A stretch of DNA of 64,000 nucleotides from Candidatus Latescibacterota bacterium (lineage in GTDB: Bacteria; Latescibacterota; UBA2968; GCA-2709665). Below, piece after piece: positions 30,237 to 38,728 of this stretch. Both the position numbers and the translations under genes were made by a program. Where the stretch lies: NCBI GenBank assembly GCA_965219995.1, contig CBDCOX010000002.1, positions 2,368,001 to 2,432,000 on the forward strand, in the 5' to 3' direction. Position 1 is the first letter of the stretch, and every line of letters begins with the position of its first letter. The notes beneath the pieces are model-generated. The model ran no database searches, was not told the DNA's origin, and was given only the letters and a program-made list of their open reading frames with translations.

Positions 30237-31661
30237 ATGATATCCCTTTTCTGCGGGCTGTTTTTCCTGCTTTCCGAACCCGTGCAAGCCTTCGACCGGG
30301 AACTCTGGACGGCCTTCCCCAACATGAACTCGGTTACTGCGGTGGCCGAAGGCAGCCAGTACATCTACATCGGCACCCACAACGGAATCCGTCGTTACGA
30401 CATCTACGGAGACCGCTGGCACAGGCCGTTAACCGTTCTGGACGGTCTGCCGGACAACCGGATTCGCGCCCTGGCCTACGATGCCAATTCCGGCGACCTC
30501 TGGCTGGACACGCCGTCCGGTGCGGTCCGCTGGCTGACCCGTCTCGAAAGCGTTTCCTATTTCGGCGACGACCCGCCCCCGCGCCGCCCGCCAGTGCCGA
30601 TTCCACCGGTCTATCTGCCTTTTGGCCACTTTCTTCAGGACGGCTGGATCCGGGGTCCGCGCAAGAGCTATCCCATAACCGCCACGCTGATGGACACGTG
30701 GCACACCCTGTGGATCGGTACCGGGGGACTGGGCGTCGGCAAAGCGAATATGACGGACCGGCAGCTCGAATTCCACGCATTCGGCCCTCTCGACGAAAAC
30801 ATCAGCGCCATGGCAAGAGACGGAGACAGTATATGGTTCGGGGGCAAAGGCGTTTATGGCATAAGGGAACAGGGAATTACACGGTACGACCTGTCGACCG
30901 GCACGTGGGAATACTTCGAACCGGAGGACATCATGGGTCTGGACGAGGCACGTGTCTCCGCCATCCTGCCGGATAGCGATACGGTCTGGTTCGGCGCCTG
31001 GAACGGCCTCATCCGGTATGTCCGCGACTCCGAACGGTGGATCACCTACCGCCTGCCCCGCCGGCGGGGGGTGACCGCCCTGGCCAGGGCGAATAACCGG
31101 CTCTGGATCGGCACCCAGGCCGGACTGGCGGTCTTCGATACGCTCGCCGACACCATCCGGTGGGTTGACGGCAGCGAGAGATTCTCCATTCTGGCCATGG
31201 CGGCCGGCGCAGACTACATCTGGGCGGGCACCCATCTGGGTATGTTTCGCTGTCGCGTCGGGGACGTGACCTGGACGCCGGTCCAGAGCCCCGGCGGGCT
31301 CACGTCCCGTCCCATCAACGGGCTGGCCACGTGGAAAAACAGGGTATGGGCAACCGTTGAATCTCCGTCGACGCTCATTCATCTTGCGCCGCCGGACACG
31401 GCGTGGCAACGATTCGCGCTCGCCGAGATACACGGCAACCGGCACGTTGCGATTGCGGCCGATACGATCAGCGTCTGGCTGGGGACTGAAATCGGCGCGT
31501 TCCGCTTCGACGTTTCAACCGGGCTCTGGAGGCGCTACACGCAGTCCAGCGGCCTGATCGACGACCGCACGCAGGCCGTACTCCTGCAGGAAGACTACGT
31601 CTGGTTCGGCACGGAGAAAGGTGCGAGCCGGTATAATTGGTCACAGGACTTTTTTAGATAA
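30237..31661 (+). CDS. Secreted beta-propeller protein (two-component regulator propeller repeats)
   Basis: Signal peptide; repeated LWIGT.GGL / IWFG / VWFGT motifs, GLPDNRIRAL, GLIDDRTQAV. Confidence 0.8.
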   Translation: MISLFCGLFFLLSEPVQAFDRELWTAFPNMNSVTAVAEGSQYIYIGTHNGIRRYDIYGDRWHRPLTVLDGLPDNRIRALAYDANSGDLWLDTPSGAVRWLTRLESVSYFGDDPPPRRPPVPIPPVYLPFGHFLQDGWIRGPRKSYPITATLMDTWHTLWIGTGGLGVGKANMTDRQLEFHAFGPLDENISAMARDGDSIWFGGKGVYGIREQGITRYDLSTGTWEYFEPEDIMGLDEARVSAILPDSDTVWFGAWNGLIRYVRDSERWITYRLPRRRGVTALARANNRLWIGTQAGLAVFDTLADTIRWVDGSERFSILAMAAGADYIWAGTHLGMFRCRVGDVTWTPVQSPGGLTSRPINGLATWKNRVWATVESPSTLIHLAPPDTAWQRFALAEIHGNRHVAIAADTISVWLGTEIGAFRFDVSTGLWRRYTQSSGLIDDRTQAVLLQEDYVWFGTEKGASRYNWSQDFFR

Positions 31662-31718
31662 CTCGTTGTTTTTTATGTAAAAGATAGCGTGGGTAATTGA
31701 GAATAAAACAAAAAAAAC

Positions 31719-31764
31719 GTGACACGAACGGAGATTTTCCTTATCTTTATTTTTGGCATATAAT
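31719..31764 (+). promoter_or_regulatory. Putative sigma70 promoter(s) upstream of the second BMC-H
   Basis: AT-rich tract; GTGACA-17 nt-TATCTT (31719-31747) and a TATAAT at 31759-31764. Confidence 0.45.
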
Positions 31765-31840
31765 GCAGCTGTGGCGCTTTTACGTTCCTACACCGAATGG
31801 TCCTGATGAACTTCGCCCAACTTCATCTGCAGAGTTGACC

Positions 31841-31896
31841 GAAAGCGGCCACACCGAACGCATCCGTGCGACCGGCGTGGCCGCTTTCCTGTTTCC
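31841..31896 (+). terminator. Long hairpin in the 5' leader, possible attenuator or terminator
   Basis: gaaagcggccac (31841-31852) pairs perfectly with gtggccgctttc (31877-31888); inner ccg/cgg and cgca-tccg-tgcg stems; pyrimidine tract follows. Confidence 0.55.
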
Positions 31897-31920
31897 GCTT
31901 TTGCTGCTCAGGGTCAGTCG

Positions 31921-32388
31921 ATGGCAAAAAACGCGTTAGGCCTGATTGAAACCCGTGGATTTACCGGTGTCGTTGAAGCGGCCGATGCGGCCGTTAAGGC
32001 GGCGGCCGTCGAACTCGCGGCAGTTGAAAAGATAGAAGGCGGCCTGGTTTCCATTCGAATTCTGGGAGACGTGGGCGCCGTACAGGCCGCTGTACAGGCT
32101 GCTGCGGAGGCCGCCGAACGGGTTGGGCAGCTGGTATCCCGGCACGTGATACCGAACCCTCACGACGATCTGGTCGATGTGTTTGAGTTAAACGGTCCGC
32201 AACCCCCGAACCGAACACAACCCGCTGCCTCCGGGAGTCCGGAACTTGGCGGCCTCTCGGTTGTACAGCTACGGGCCCTGGCCAGAAGGACGCCCGGCTT
32301 GTCCATCAGGGGCCGCGAGATTTCCCGCGCGACCCGCCAGCAACTGATCCAGGCGCTCCTCAGCGCCAATGAAAACGTCGAAGAATAA
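31921..32388 (+). CDS. BMC-H shell protein with C-terminal helical extension
   Basis: NALGLIETRG, AADAAVKAA, GDVGAVQAA, HVIPNPH; Pro-rich linker; tail LSVVQLRALARR...REISRATRQQLIQAL. Confidence 0.9.
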   Translation: MAKNALGLIETRGFTGVVEAADAAVKAAAVELAAVEKIEGGLVSIRILGDVGAVQAAVQAAAEAAERVGQLVSRHVIPNPHDDLVDVFELNGPQPPNRTQPAASGSPELGGLSVVQLRALARRTPGLSIRGREISRATRQQLIQALLSANENVEE

Positions 32389-32405
32389 CGTCCAGGGAGT
32401 CCCGG

Positions 32406-32750
32406 ATGGAACCCGATACGCTTTGGAAAAGGATCAAGAGAGGAATCATCGACAGCGCGGCAACCGCGGCCCACAAGGCCGAGCACCTGGGGAAAATAGG
32501 CCGCGCCAGGCTCGATATTGCGGGAACCCGTCACGCAATACACGAAGCGTTCGCCGAGTTGGGCGGTGCGGTTTATGCCCGCGTGTCGGAGGGCAACGAC
32601 GACGGCGGCGTCCGGACGGACGAAGTGCAGGATCTCTTACGGAGAATCAACGAGCTGGAGAGTCTTCTGCTGGAGCGGGAGACCCGTCTGAAAAACCTGA
32701 AAGCCGGCAACAGCCAGGAAGAGGAGGAGGCCGCGGAGGCGGAGACCTGA
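32406..32750 (+). CDS. Hypothetical coiled-coil protein
   Basis: 114-aa helical ORF with RBS (gggag), co-oriented with its neighbours. Confidence 0.7.
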   Translation: MEPDTLWKRIKRGIIDSAATAAHKAEHLGKIGRARLDIAGTRHAIHEAFAELGGAVYARVSEGNDDGGVRTDEVQDLLRRINELESLLLERETRLKNLKAGNSQEEEEAAEAET

Positions 32751-32755
32751 TCTCT

Positions 32756-32794
32756 TCGGCCTCGCCTGCAGAGCGACTTTTTCAACGGACTGTT
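32756..32794. repeat. Isolated end of the MITE found at 54390-54552
   Basis: tcggcctcgcctgcagagcgactttttcaacggactgtt matches the reverse complement of 54391-54429 at 38/39 nt. Confidence 0.85.
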
Positions 32795-32800
32795 ATCGGC

Positions 32801-34183
32801 ATGACACCCCAACCGGGCCGGGTTTGCCAGGCTGTCTTCTTCGCATGCCTTTTCCTCTTGCGCATCCAGACGGCCGGGGCCGCCGGTCCCGATGGGTCAT
32901 TCGCCGAAGTTGCGCGACTGGTAAGGCCCGTCGTCGTCAGCATCTCCGTCAAGAGCGCCTACGGCAAGGAGATTTCCCGTACAGGGCTGCGACAGGGCCC
33001 ATCGGCGTTGCGTTACGGATCCGGCTTCGTCCTGGACGCTACGGGTCATATCCTGACCAGCAACCACGTCGTAGAAAGTGCCATTGGTATCCAGGTCGGT
33101 TTTTCCGACGGTAAGGAATATGCCGCCGAAATTGTCGGACAGGATTCCGACACCGACCTCGCGCTCATCCGGCTGCTTTCCGCGGCCCCTGTCGATAGTT
33201 CCCGTATTGCCCGCCTGGGCACCTCCGATTCAATTCAGGTCGGTGACTGGGTGATGGCCGTCGGCAGTCCCTTCGGCTTTCATCATACCGTCAGCGTGGG
33301 TGTGATCAGCGCCAAGGGCAGGCATCTGGAAAGGATTCAGGGGGATATTCCGGCGCCGCCGTTTCAGGATTTCCTGCAGACGGACGCATCCATCAATCCC
33401 GGAAACAGCGGCGGACCCCTGGTGAATGGCGAGGGGCGTGTCGTTGGCGTGAACACCGCGTACAATCCCGCGGGATCCGGTATCGGGTTCGCCATACCGA
33501 TAGACGTCGCCGGACGGGTTGCCGCGCAACTCCGCGAACACGGCGAGGTCGTTCGCGGCTATCTCGGTATTCACCCGCAGGACCTTACGTCCGATCTTGC
33601 GGACGCGCTGGAACTGGACTCAACTGCGGGCATCCTGATCGGGGAAGTTCAGGCGGAAAGCCCGGCGGGGCGCGGCGGCCTCAAGAGAGGCGACATCATC
33701 CGAACGCTCGACGCCGACCCCATCCACAATGCCCAGGATTTTCTGAACCGGATTACCGGGTACCGTCCGGGGGAATCCGTTTCGCTGCTCATTCTTCGCG
33801 GCGGTGTGCCGTTAACGATCTCCTGTACACTCGACAGGAGGCCGAAGCAGCCCCGGCCGCCGGACAGATTCCGAGCCGACAGTACAAACTGGCCCGGACT
33901 TGAGGTCAAGAATCGCTCAGATTGGGAAAGCGGCCGCTTGCAGGCGTCCAGAACCGGACCCGGCGTCGTCGTTCATTACGTCGCGCCCGGAAGTCCGGCG
34001 GAAAAAAAACGAATCGAACGCGGCGACGCGATCCTGGAAATCGACGGTGTCGGTATCTCAAACGTTCGAGACTATCGCAAGATGGTCGAAGAGATCAAGA
34101 GAGCAGTCAGGCCCGGTGTGTTCCTGATCTTGAATAAGGACGACGGTAACACGCGATTCGTTGCCCTCCAGCCGGGACGTTGA
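32801..34183 (+). CDS. degP: HtrA/DegP serine protease with two PDZ domains
   Basis: GSGF, TSNHVV (His), DLALI (Asp), TDASINPGNSGGPL (Ser), RGYLGI and two PDZ domains. Confidence 0.92.
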   Translation: MTPQPGRVCQAVFFACLFLLRIQTAGAAGPDGSFAEVARLVRPVVVSISVKSAYGKEISRTGLRQGPSALRYGSGFVLDATGHILTSNHVVESAIGIQVGFSDGKEYAAEIVGQDSDTDLALIRLLSAAPVDSSRIARLGTSDSIQVGDWVMAVGSPFGFHHTVSVGVISAKGRHLERIQGDIPAPPFQDFLQTDASINPGNSGGPLVNGEGRVVGVNTAYNPAGSGIGFAIPIDVAGRVAAQLREHGEVVRGYLGIHPQDLTSDLADALELDSTAGILIGEVQAESPAGRGGLKRGDIIRTLDADPIHNAQDFLNRITGYRPGESVSLLILRGGVPLTISCTLDRRPKQPRPPDRFRADSTNWPGLEVKNRSDWESGRLQASRTGPGVVVHYVAPGSPAEKKRIERGDAILEIDGVGISNVRDYRKMVEEIKRAVRPGVFLILNKDDGNTRFVALQPGR

Positions 34184-34417
34184 ACGCTCTTCGGCCGACT
34201 GCTGAATTTCATCCCACTGTTCGAAAGGAGACCAATCCTATGTAGCGAACACCTGTCAACGGTATCCAAATCCACAGCAGCAAGGTTCACTACGACAGTC
34301 TTAGATCCCCTTCGAGGAACCCGGTCGATTCTCCCGAACCGGTTTCTCGGCTCACAGTCCGGCTCCGAAACCCCGGCCAACTGAACCGACCTCCCCGGTG
34401 CAAAGAAAGGCTGACGA

Positions 34418-35275
34418 GTGTCTAAGCTAGCCAAGAGGCCGTACGCGCGCGAAGATGAATCTCTGGATCAGTACCTTCAAGAGATCGGAGAAGTCGATCT
34501 TCTCACGGCAGACGAAGAAATCGCCCTCGCCAAGCGAATCAAGAAGGGCGACCAGGATGCCCTCGAAAAGTTGACCAAAGCCAATCTGAGGTTTGTTGTC
34601 AGCGTGGCCAAGCAATACCAGAACCAGGGCCTCTCTATGGGAGACCTGATCAACGAGGGAAATCTGGGTCTGATAAAAGCAGCCAAACGCTTTGACGAAA
34701 CAAAAGGCTTCAAGTTTATCTCCTATGCCGTCTGGTGGATCAGGCAGGCCATTCTGCAGGCACTCGCCGAGCAGTCCAGAATTGTTCGACTGCCCTTGAA
34801 CAGGGTGGGCGCCCTGCACAAAATCGGCAAGGCGTCCAGCGGGCTGGAGCAGGAATTCGGGCGAGAGCCCAGCCCCAGCGAAATCGCCGACGAACTTGAA
34901 ATGAGCGATTACGAGGTGATGGATACACTCAAGATCTCGAGCCGGCATCTGTCGCTCGACGCCCCGTTCAGTGAAAGCGAAGACAACAGTCTGCTGGACA
35001 TCCTCGAAGATCAGTTGCAGCCGCCCCCCGATGAATCGCTCATCGACGACTCACTACATCGTGAGGTAGAGAAAGCCCTGGCAACCCTCACACCCCGGGA
35101 AGCCGAAGTGATCAGCCTCTACTTCGGAATCAACCGGGAGCACCCGCTCACGCTGGAAGAAATCGGCGAACGCTTCGGGCTGACCCGGGAGCGGGTACGC
35201 CAGATCAAGGAAAAAGCCATCCACAGGCTGCGCCACAATTCCAGAAGCCGCCCCCTCAAGGCCTATCTTCACTGA
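34418..35275 (+). CDS. rpoD: RNA polymerase sigma70 factor, RpoD/SigA family (short form without region 1.1)
   Basis: [64 protein letters not shown]. Confidence 0.9.
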   Translation: MSKLAKRPYAREDESLDQYLQEIGEVDLLTADEEIALAKRIKKGDQDALEKLTKANLRFVVSVAKQYQNQGLSMGDLINEGNLGLIKAAKRFDETKGFKFISYAVWWIRQAILQALAEQSRIVRLPLNRVGALHKIGKASSGLEQEFGREPSPSEIADELEMSDYEVMDTLKISSRHLSLDAPFSESEDNSLLDILEDQLQPPPDESLIDDSLHREVEKALATLTPREAEVISLYFGINREHPLTLEEIGERFGLTRERVRQIKEKAIHRLRHNSRSRPLKAYLH

Positions 35276-35290
35276 ATATGCCGTCCCTGT

Positions 35291-35330
35291 AAAGCCACAG
35301 CCAGCGTGACGCAATGGCTGTGGCTTTTTT
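35291..35330 (+). terminator. Intrinsic terminator after the sigma factor gene
   Basis: aaagccacagcca...tggctgtggcttt stem followed by a T run. Confidence 0.85.
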
Positions 35331-35455
35331 GTTCTGTGCCTGAAACGGTCTCCGTTGCCGGCGCTTGGCGGAACCACCCAAAACATATACATTTGAAGAC
35401 CTCATTCCCCGTCGCGAGCCTTTCAACATCCTCTTTCACCGAAAGGATTCAGCCC

Positions 35456-35707
35456 ATGTCGAACAGCAAATCCATAAAGGCGCTGCTGGTCGTTGTCGCG
35501 TTCCTGCTGGTTGCCAACCTGGTCCGCCCGCTCTGGTCGCCCGGTACGGCCCATGCACAGAGTGACGGGGCATCCCCGGCAGTGGCCATCACCGGCGCGG
35601 GTATGAGCGCCTGGATTCTGAAGGACAACAATCTCTACTACGCGGTCTACGAAAAGCAGTACGAATCCATCCGCATTTATGGTCCCGAAGAACTGCCGGA
35701 AGAGTGA
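35456..35707 (+). CDS. Small secreted protein (83 aa), copy 1
   Basis: RBS gaaagga; signal peptide ending in AHA|Q; conserved in the duplicate. Confidence 0.8.
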   Translation: MSNSKSIKALLVVVAFLLVANLVRPLWSPGTAHAQSDGASPAVAITGAGMSAWILKDNNLYYAVYEKQYESIRIYGPEELPEE

Positions 35708-35795
35708 TCGCCGCCCGGGGTCGTCGTCCGGGTTTGCCGAAGAGCCGGTATTCCTGCCGCCGAGTCTCCTCCGATCCACATAGCCAGAGACATCC

Positions 35796-38249
35796 ATGAG
35801 GACCTTCCGGGAACAAAGCCGGCTCATCGGCGCCCTCGTTTTTCTCATCACGTGTTTCGTCTACGTCCGAACCGTTGCGCCCACGGTCACCTTCTGGGAC
35901 ACCGGCGAGTTCATCGCAGCCTCGTATATCCTTGGCGTCCCCCACCCTCCCGGCGCGCCTTTTCATACCCTCCTGGGCCGGATTTTCACCCTCTTCGCGG
36001 ATCCCGACAGCGTCGCATTCAGCGTCAACCTGATTTCCGTCCTTGCCGGCGCCGCCACGGCGCTCATGCTTTTCCTGTGCAGCGTCCGTCTGCTCACGCG
36101 GTGGCTGAGACCCGACCGGTTATCCGACCGCATCGCCATCCTGACCGGCGGCGCGGTCGCTGCATTGTCCGCGGCATTCTCGACCTCCTTCTGGACAAAT
36201 GCCACCGAGGCGGAAGTCTACGCGCTGTCCATGCTCTTCACCGTCCTGGCGTTCTACCTGGCCCTGCGCTGGGACGGCGCGCCCGAGGACAGGAATCGCG
36301 ACCGCCTGCTCATCTTCATCGTCTACCTGTTCTTTCTCGGCGCCGGCGTGCATCTGCAGTGCCTGCTCACCGTGCCCGGAATCCTCATTCTGGTCTTCTC
36401 CGACCTGCTCAAGGGTCGTTCCACGTCCACACAGGCAACCGTCGTCATCGGACTGACGGCTTTTCCTTTTCTGTGCATCATCTCCAATATCTATCTGACC
36501 GCTTTGCTGGTACTGGCCGTGCTTGCGGGCCTCCTGATATTGCGTCCGGCATGGCGTCGCCCCGCGTTCTGGCTGTGCGCCCTGGGGATGATCGCCCTCG
36601 GATATTCCACGTACATCATGCTCTACGTCCGGTCGGGCCTGGATCCGTTCATCGATATGAACAATCCGGAGACCCTCGATAATTTCAAGGCCTTCCTCAC
36701 CCGTCAGCAATACGGCGTACATTCCATCTTTCCCCGCCGGGGTGATTTCTGGGACTTTCAGTTCAACATCCACGTCAAATATTTCCTCCAGCAATTCCCG
36801 TTTTACGATCAGGGGCTCGTCGGCCGCTTCTTCTCTGAAACACTGCCCGCGTTCACGGAACGATTCGCCATCGGAGAAATCCTGGCGGGTACGTTCCGCA
36901 GGGCCGTGGCCAACATGGACGGCAACCGGGAAACCATCGCGTATTCGGTGGTCCCCGTTCTCCTGGGTATCGTCGGCGCAGTCAGCCACTTCCGCAGAGA
37001 CTGGAGACGTTTTGCCAGCGTGTTCGCCATGTTCCTGCTCATGGGGATCGGCCTGGTCGTGTATCTGAATATGCCCGACCCCGAACCCCGCGAGCGGGAG
37101 TATATCTTCGTTGGCGCCTACACGTTCTTCGCCCTCTGGATCGGCGGCGGGGCCGCTGCCCTCATCGCCGCCGTTGCGCGCGGTCGTTACCCGGTTTCCG
37201 CGGCCGCGCTCGTGGCGGCTCTGTGCCTGATCGTGCCGATCGGACTTCTGCACAGCAACTACTTCGAACGCGACCGCAGCGGAAACTTCATCGCACACGA
37301 CTACGCCCGCAACATCCTGGACTCCTGCGAGCCCGACGCCATGCTCTTCACCAACGGAGACAACGACACCTACCCGTTGTGGTATCTCCAATACGTGGAG
37401 GGGTTTCGCAGGGACGTCCGGGTGGTCAACCAGAGCCTGCTCAGAACCCCCTGGTACGCCAGACAACTGCGCGACCTGAACCCCAGGCTTCCCATTTCGA
37501 TGTCGGATGCAACCATTGATCAACAGGTCGTCGCCCGCCCTTGGCCCGAACGATTCGACATCGCGCTCGCCGACAGCACGATTATCGTCAAGGCCGAAGA
37601 CATCCCCCTCGCCGAAATCACGGTGGGCAACCGGCGCGTGAATATCCTGGAATCCCACACCTTCATGATCTGGTACCTGGTTGACCGGAACAACTGGCAG
37701 CGCCCTGTATATTTCGCGAGTACGGTTCCCGATCACAACATGGGAGGTCTACGGTCCCATCTATCGATGGAAGGCATGGTATATCGTCTCGTCAGACAGC
37801 GCGCCTCCGGACAGTTCGACGCCGGACTCACGTCCCGGCATCTGCTCGAGAATTACCGCTATACGGGCATTGCAGACCCCGGCGTCTACAAGGACCCGGT
37901 CGCCAGTCGCCTTATCAGCAATTACCTGGCCTTCTTCAAAGGCCTCGTGCGAGCGATGGATGTCCAGAACCGGCAGTCCGAAGCCCTGCGAATCATCGAG
38001 GTCGCAAAGCGAACCATCCCTCCCGAATCGGTCGGACAGGAGGTGTGGTATTCGCTGATGCACGAGAGTTACCGGCAGCTTGCCGTCAGCTATCACCGTG
38101 CAGGAAAACCGGACAGTGCGAGCCTCTGCCTCGCGGAACTGATCCGCATCTGTCCGTACGAGGGAGAGCGAAAACACCTTCGTGCGGTGATTCAGTCCCT
38201 GAAGACCACGACCGAAACGGAACCGGAGGCAGGAGCGCAGGACAGATAG
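35796..38249 (+). CDS. DUF2723 / TMEM260-like GT-C protein O-glycosyltransferase, copy 1
   Basis: APTVTFWDTGEFIAAS..LGVPHPPG.P, FWTNATEAEVY, EPREREY, LFTNGDNDTYPLWY, DVRVVN.SLL..PWY. Confidence 0.9.
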   Translation: MRTFREQSRLIGALVFLITCFVYVRTVAPTVTFWDTGEFIAASYILGVPHPPGAPFHTLLGRIFTLFADPDSVAFSVNLISVLAGAATALMLFLCSVRLLTRWLRPDRLSDRIAILTGGAVAALSAAFSTSFWTNATEAEVYALSMLFTVLAFYLALRWDGAPEDRNRDRLLIFIVYLFFLGAGVHLQCLLTVPGILILVFSDLLKGRSTSTQATVVIGLTAFPFLCIISNIYLTALLVLAVLAGLLILRPAWRRPAFWLCALGMIALGYSTYIMLYVRSGLDPFIDMNNPETLDNFKAFLTRQQYGVHSIFPRRGDFWDFQFNIHVKYFLQQFPFYDQGLVGRFFSETLPAFTERFAIGEILAGTFRRAVANMDGNRETIAYSVVPVLLGIVGAVSHFRRDWRRFASVFAMFLLMGIGLVVYLNMPDPEPREREYIFVGAYTFFALWIGGGAAALIAAVARGRYPVSAAALVAALCLIVPIGLLHSNYFERDRSGNFIAHDYARNILDSCEPDAMLFTNGDNDTYPLWYLQYVEGFRRDVRVVNQSLLRTPWYARQLRDLNPRLPISMSDATIDQQVVARPWPERFDIALADSTIIVKAEDIPLAEITVGNRRVNILESHTFMIWYLVDRNNWQRPVYFASTVPDHNMGGLRSHLSMEGMVYRLVRQRASGQFDAGLTSRHLLENYRYTGIADPGVYKDPVASRLISNYLAFFKGLVRAMDVQNRQSEALRIIEVAKRTIPPESVGQEVWYSLMHESYRQLAVSYHRAGKPDSASLCLAELIRICPYEGERKHLRAVIQSLKTTTETEPEAGAQDR

Positions 38250-38388
38250 CCGGCAACATACGGGATTTTAAGGGAAAAAGGGGCCGCCCGCCGGCGCTTG
38301 ACGGAACCACCCAAAACATATACATTTGAAGACCTCATTCCACGTCGCGAGCCTTTCAACATCCTCTTTCACCGAAAGGATTCAGCCC

Positions 38389-38640
38389 ATGTCGAACAGC
38401 AAATCCATAAAGGCGCTGCTGGTCGTTGTCGCGTTCCTGCTGGTTGCCAACCTGGTCCGCCCGCTCTGGTCGCCCGGTACGGCCCACGCGCAGAGTGACG
38501 GGGCAGCCCCGGAAGCGGCCATCACCGGCGCGGGTATGAGCGCCTGGATTCTGAAGGACGGCAATCTCTACTACGCGGTCTACGAAAAGCAGTACGAATC
38601 CATCCGCATTTATGGTCCCGAAGAACTGCCGGAAGAGTGA
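38389..38640 (+). CDS. Small secreted protein (83 aa), copy 2
   Basis: Near-identical to 35456-35707 (ASPAV vs AAPEA, DNN vs DGN). Confidence 0.8.
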   Translation: MSNSKSIKALLVVVAFLLVANLVRPLWSPGTAHAQSDGAAPEAAITGAGMSAWILKDGNLYYAVYEKQYESIRIYGPEELPEE

Positions 38641-38728
38641 TCGCCGCCCGGGGTCGTCGTCCGGGTTTGCCGAAGAGCCGGTATTCCTGCCCCCGCGTCT
38701 CCTCCGATCCACATAGCCGGAGACATCC

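Noticed and set aside
31803-31845. Fluoride (crcB) riboswitch (gatga...cgcccaac similarity)
   Set aside because: The 5' GGCGATG pairing and the 3' TGATG...CTAC pseudoknot segment are missing.
31799-31890. Hammerhead ribozyme (CTGATGA...GAAA plus a stem III-like hairpin)
   Set aside because: Stem II does not close with the required G-C pair next to the core, and no stem I complement follows the would-be cleavage site.
32369-32800. 144-aa N-terminal extension of DegP in the ORF track
   Set aside because: It overlaps the 32406-32750 gene in another frame; the signal-peptide-like sequence begins only after 32801.
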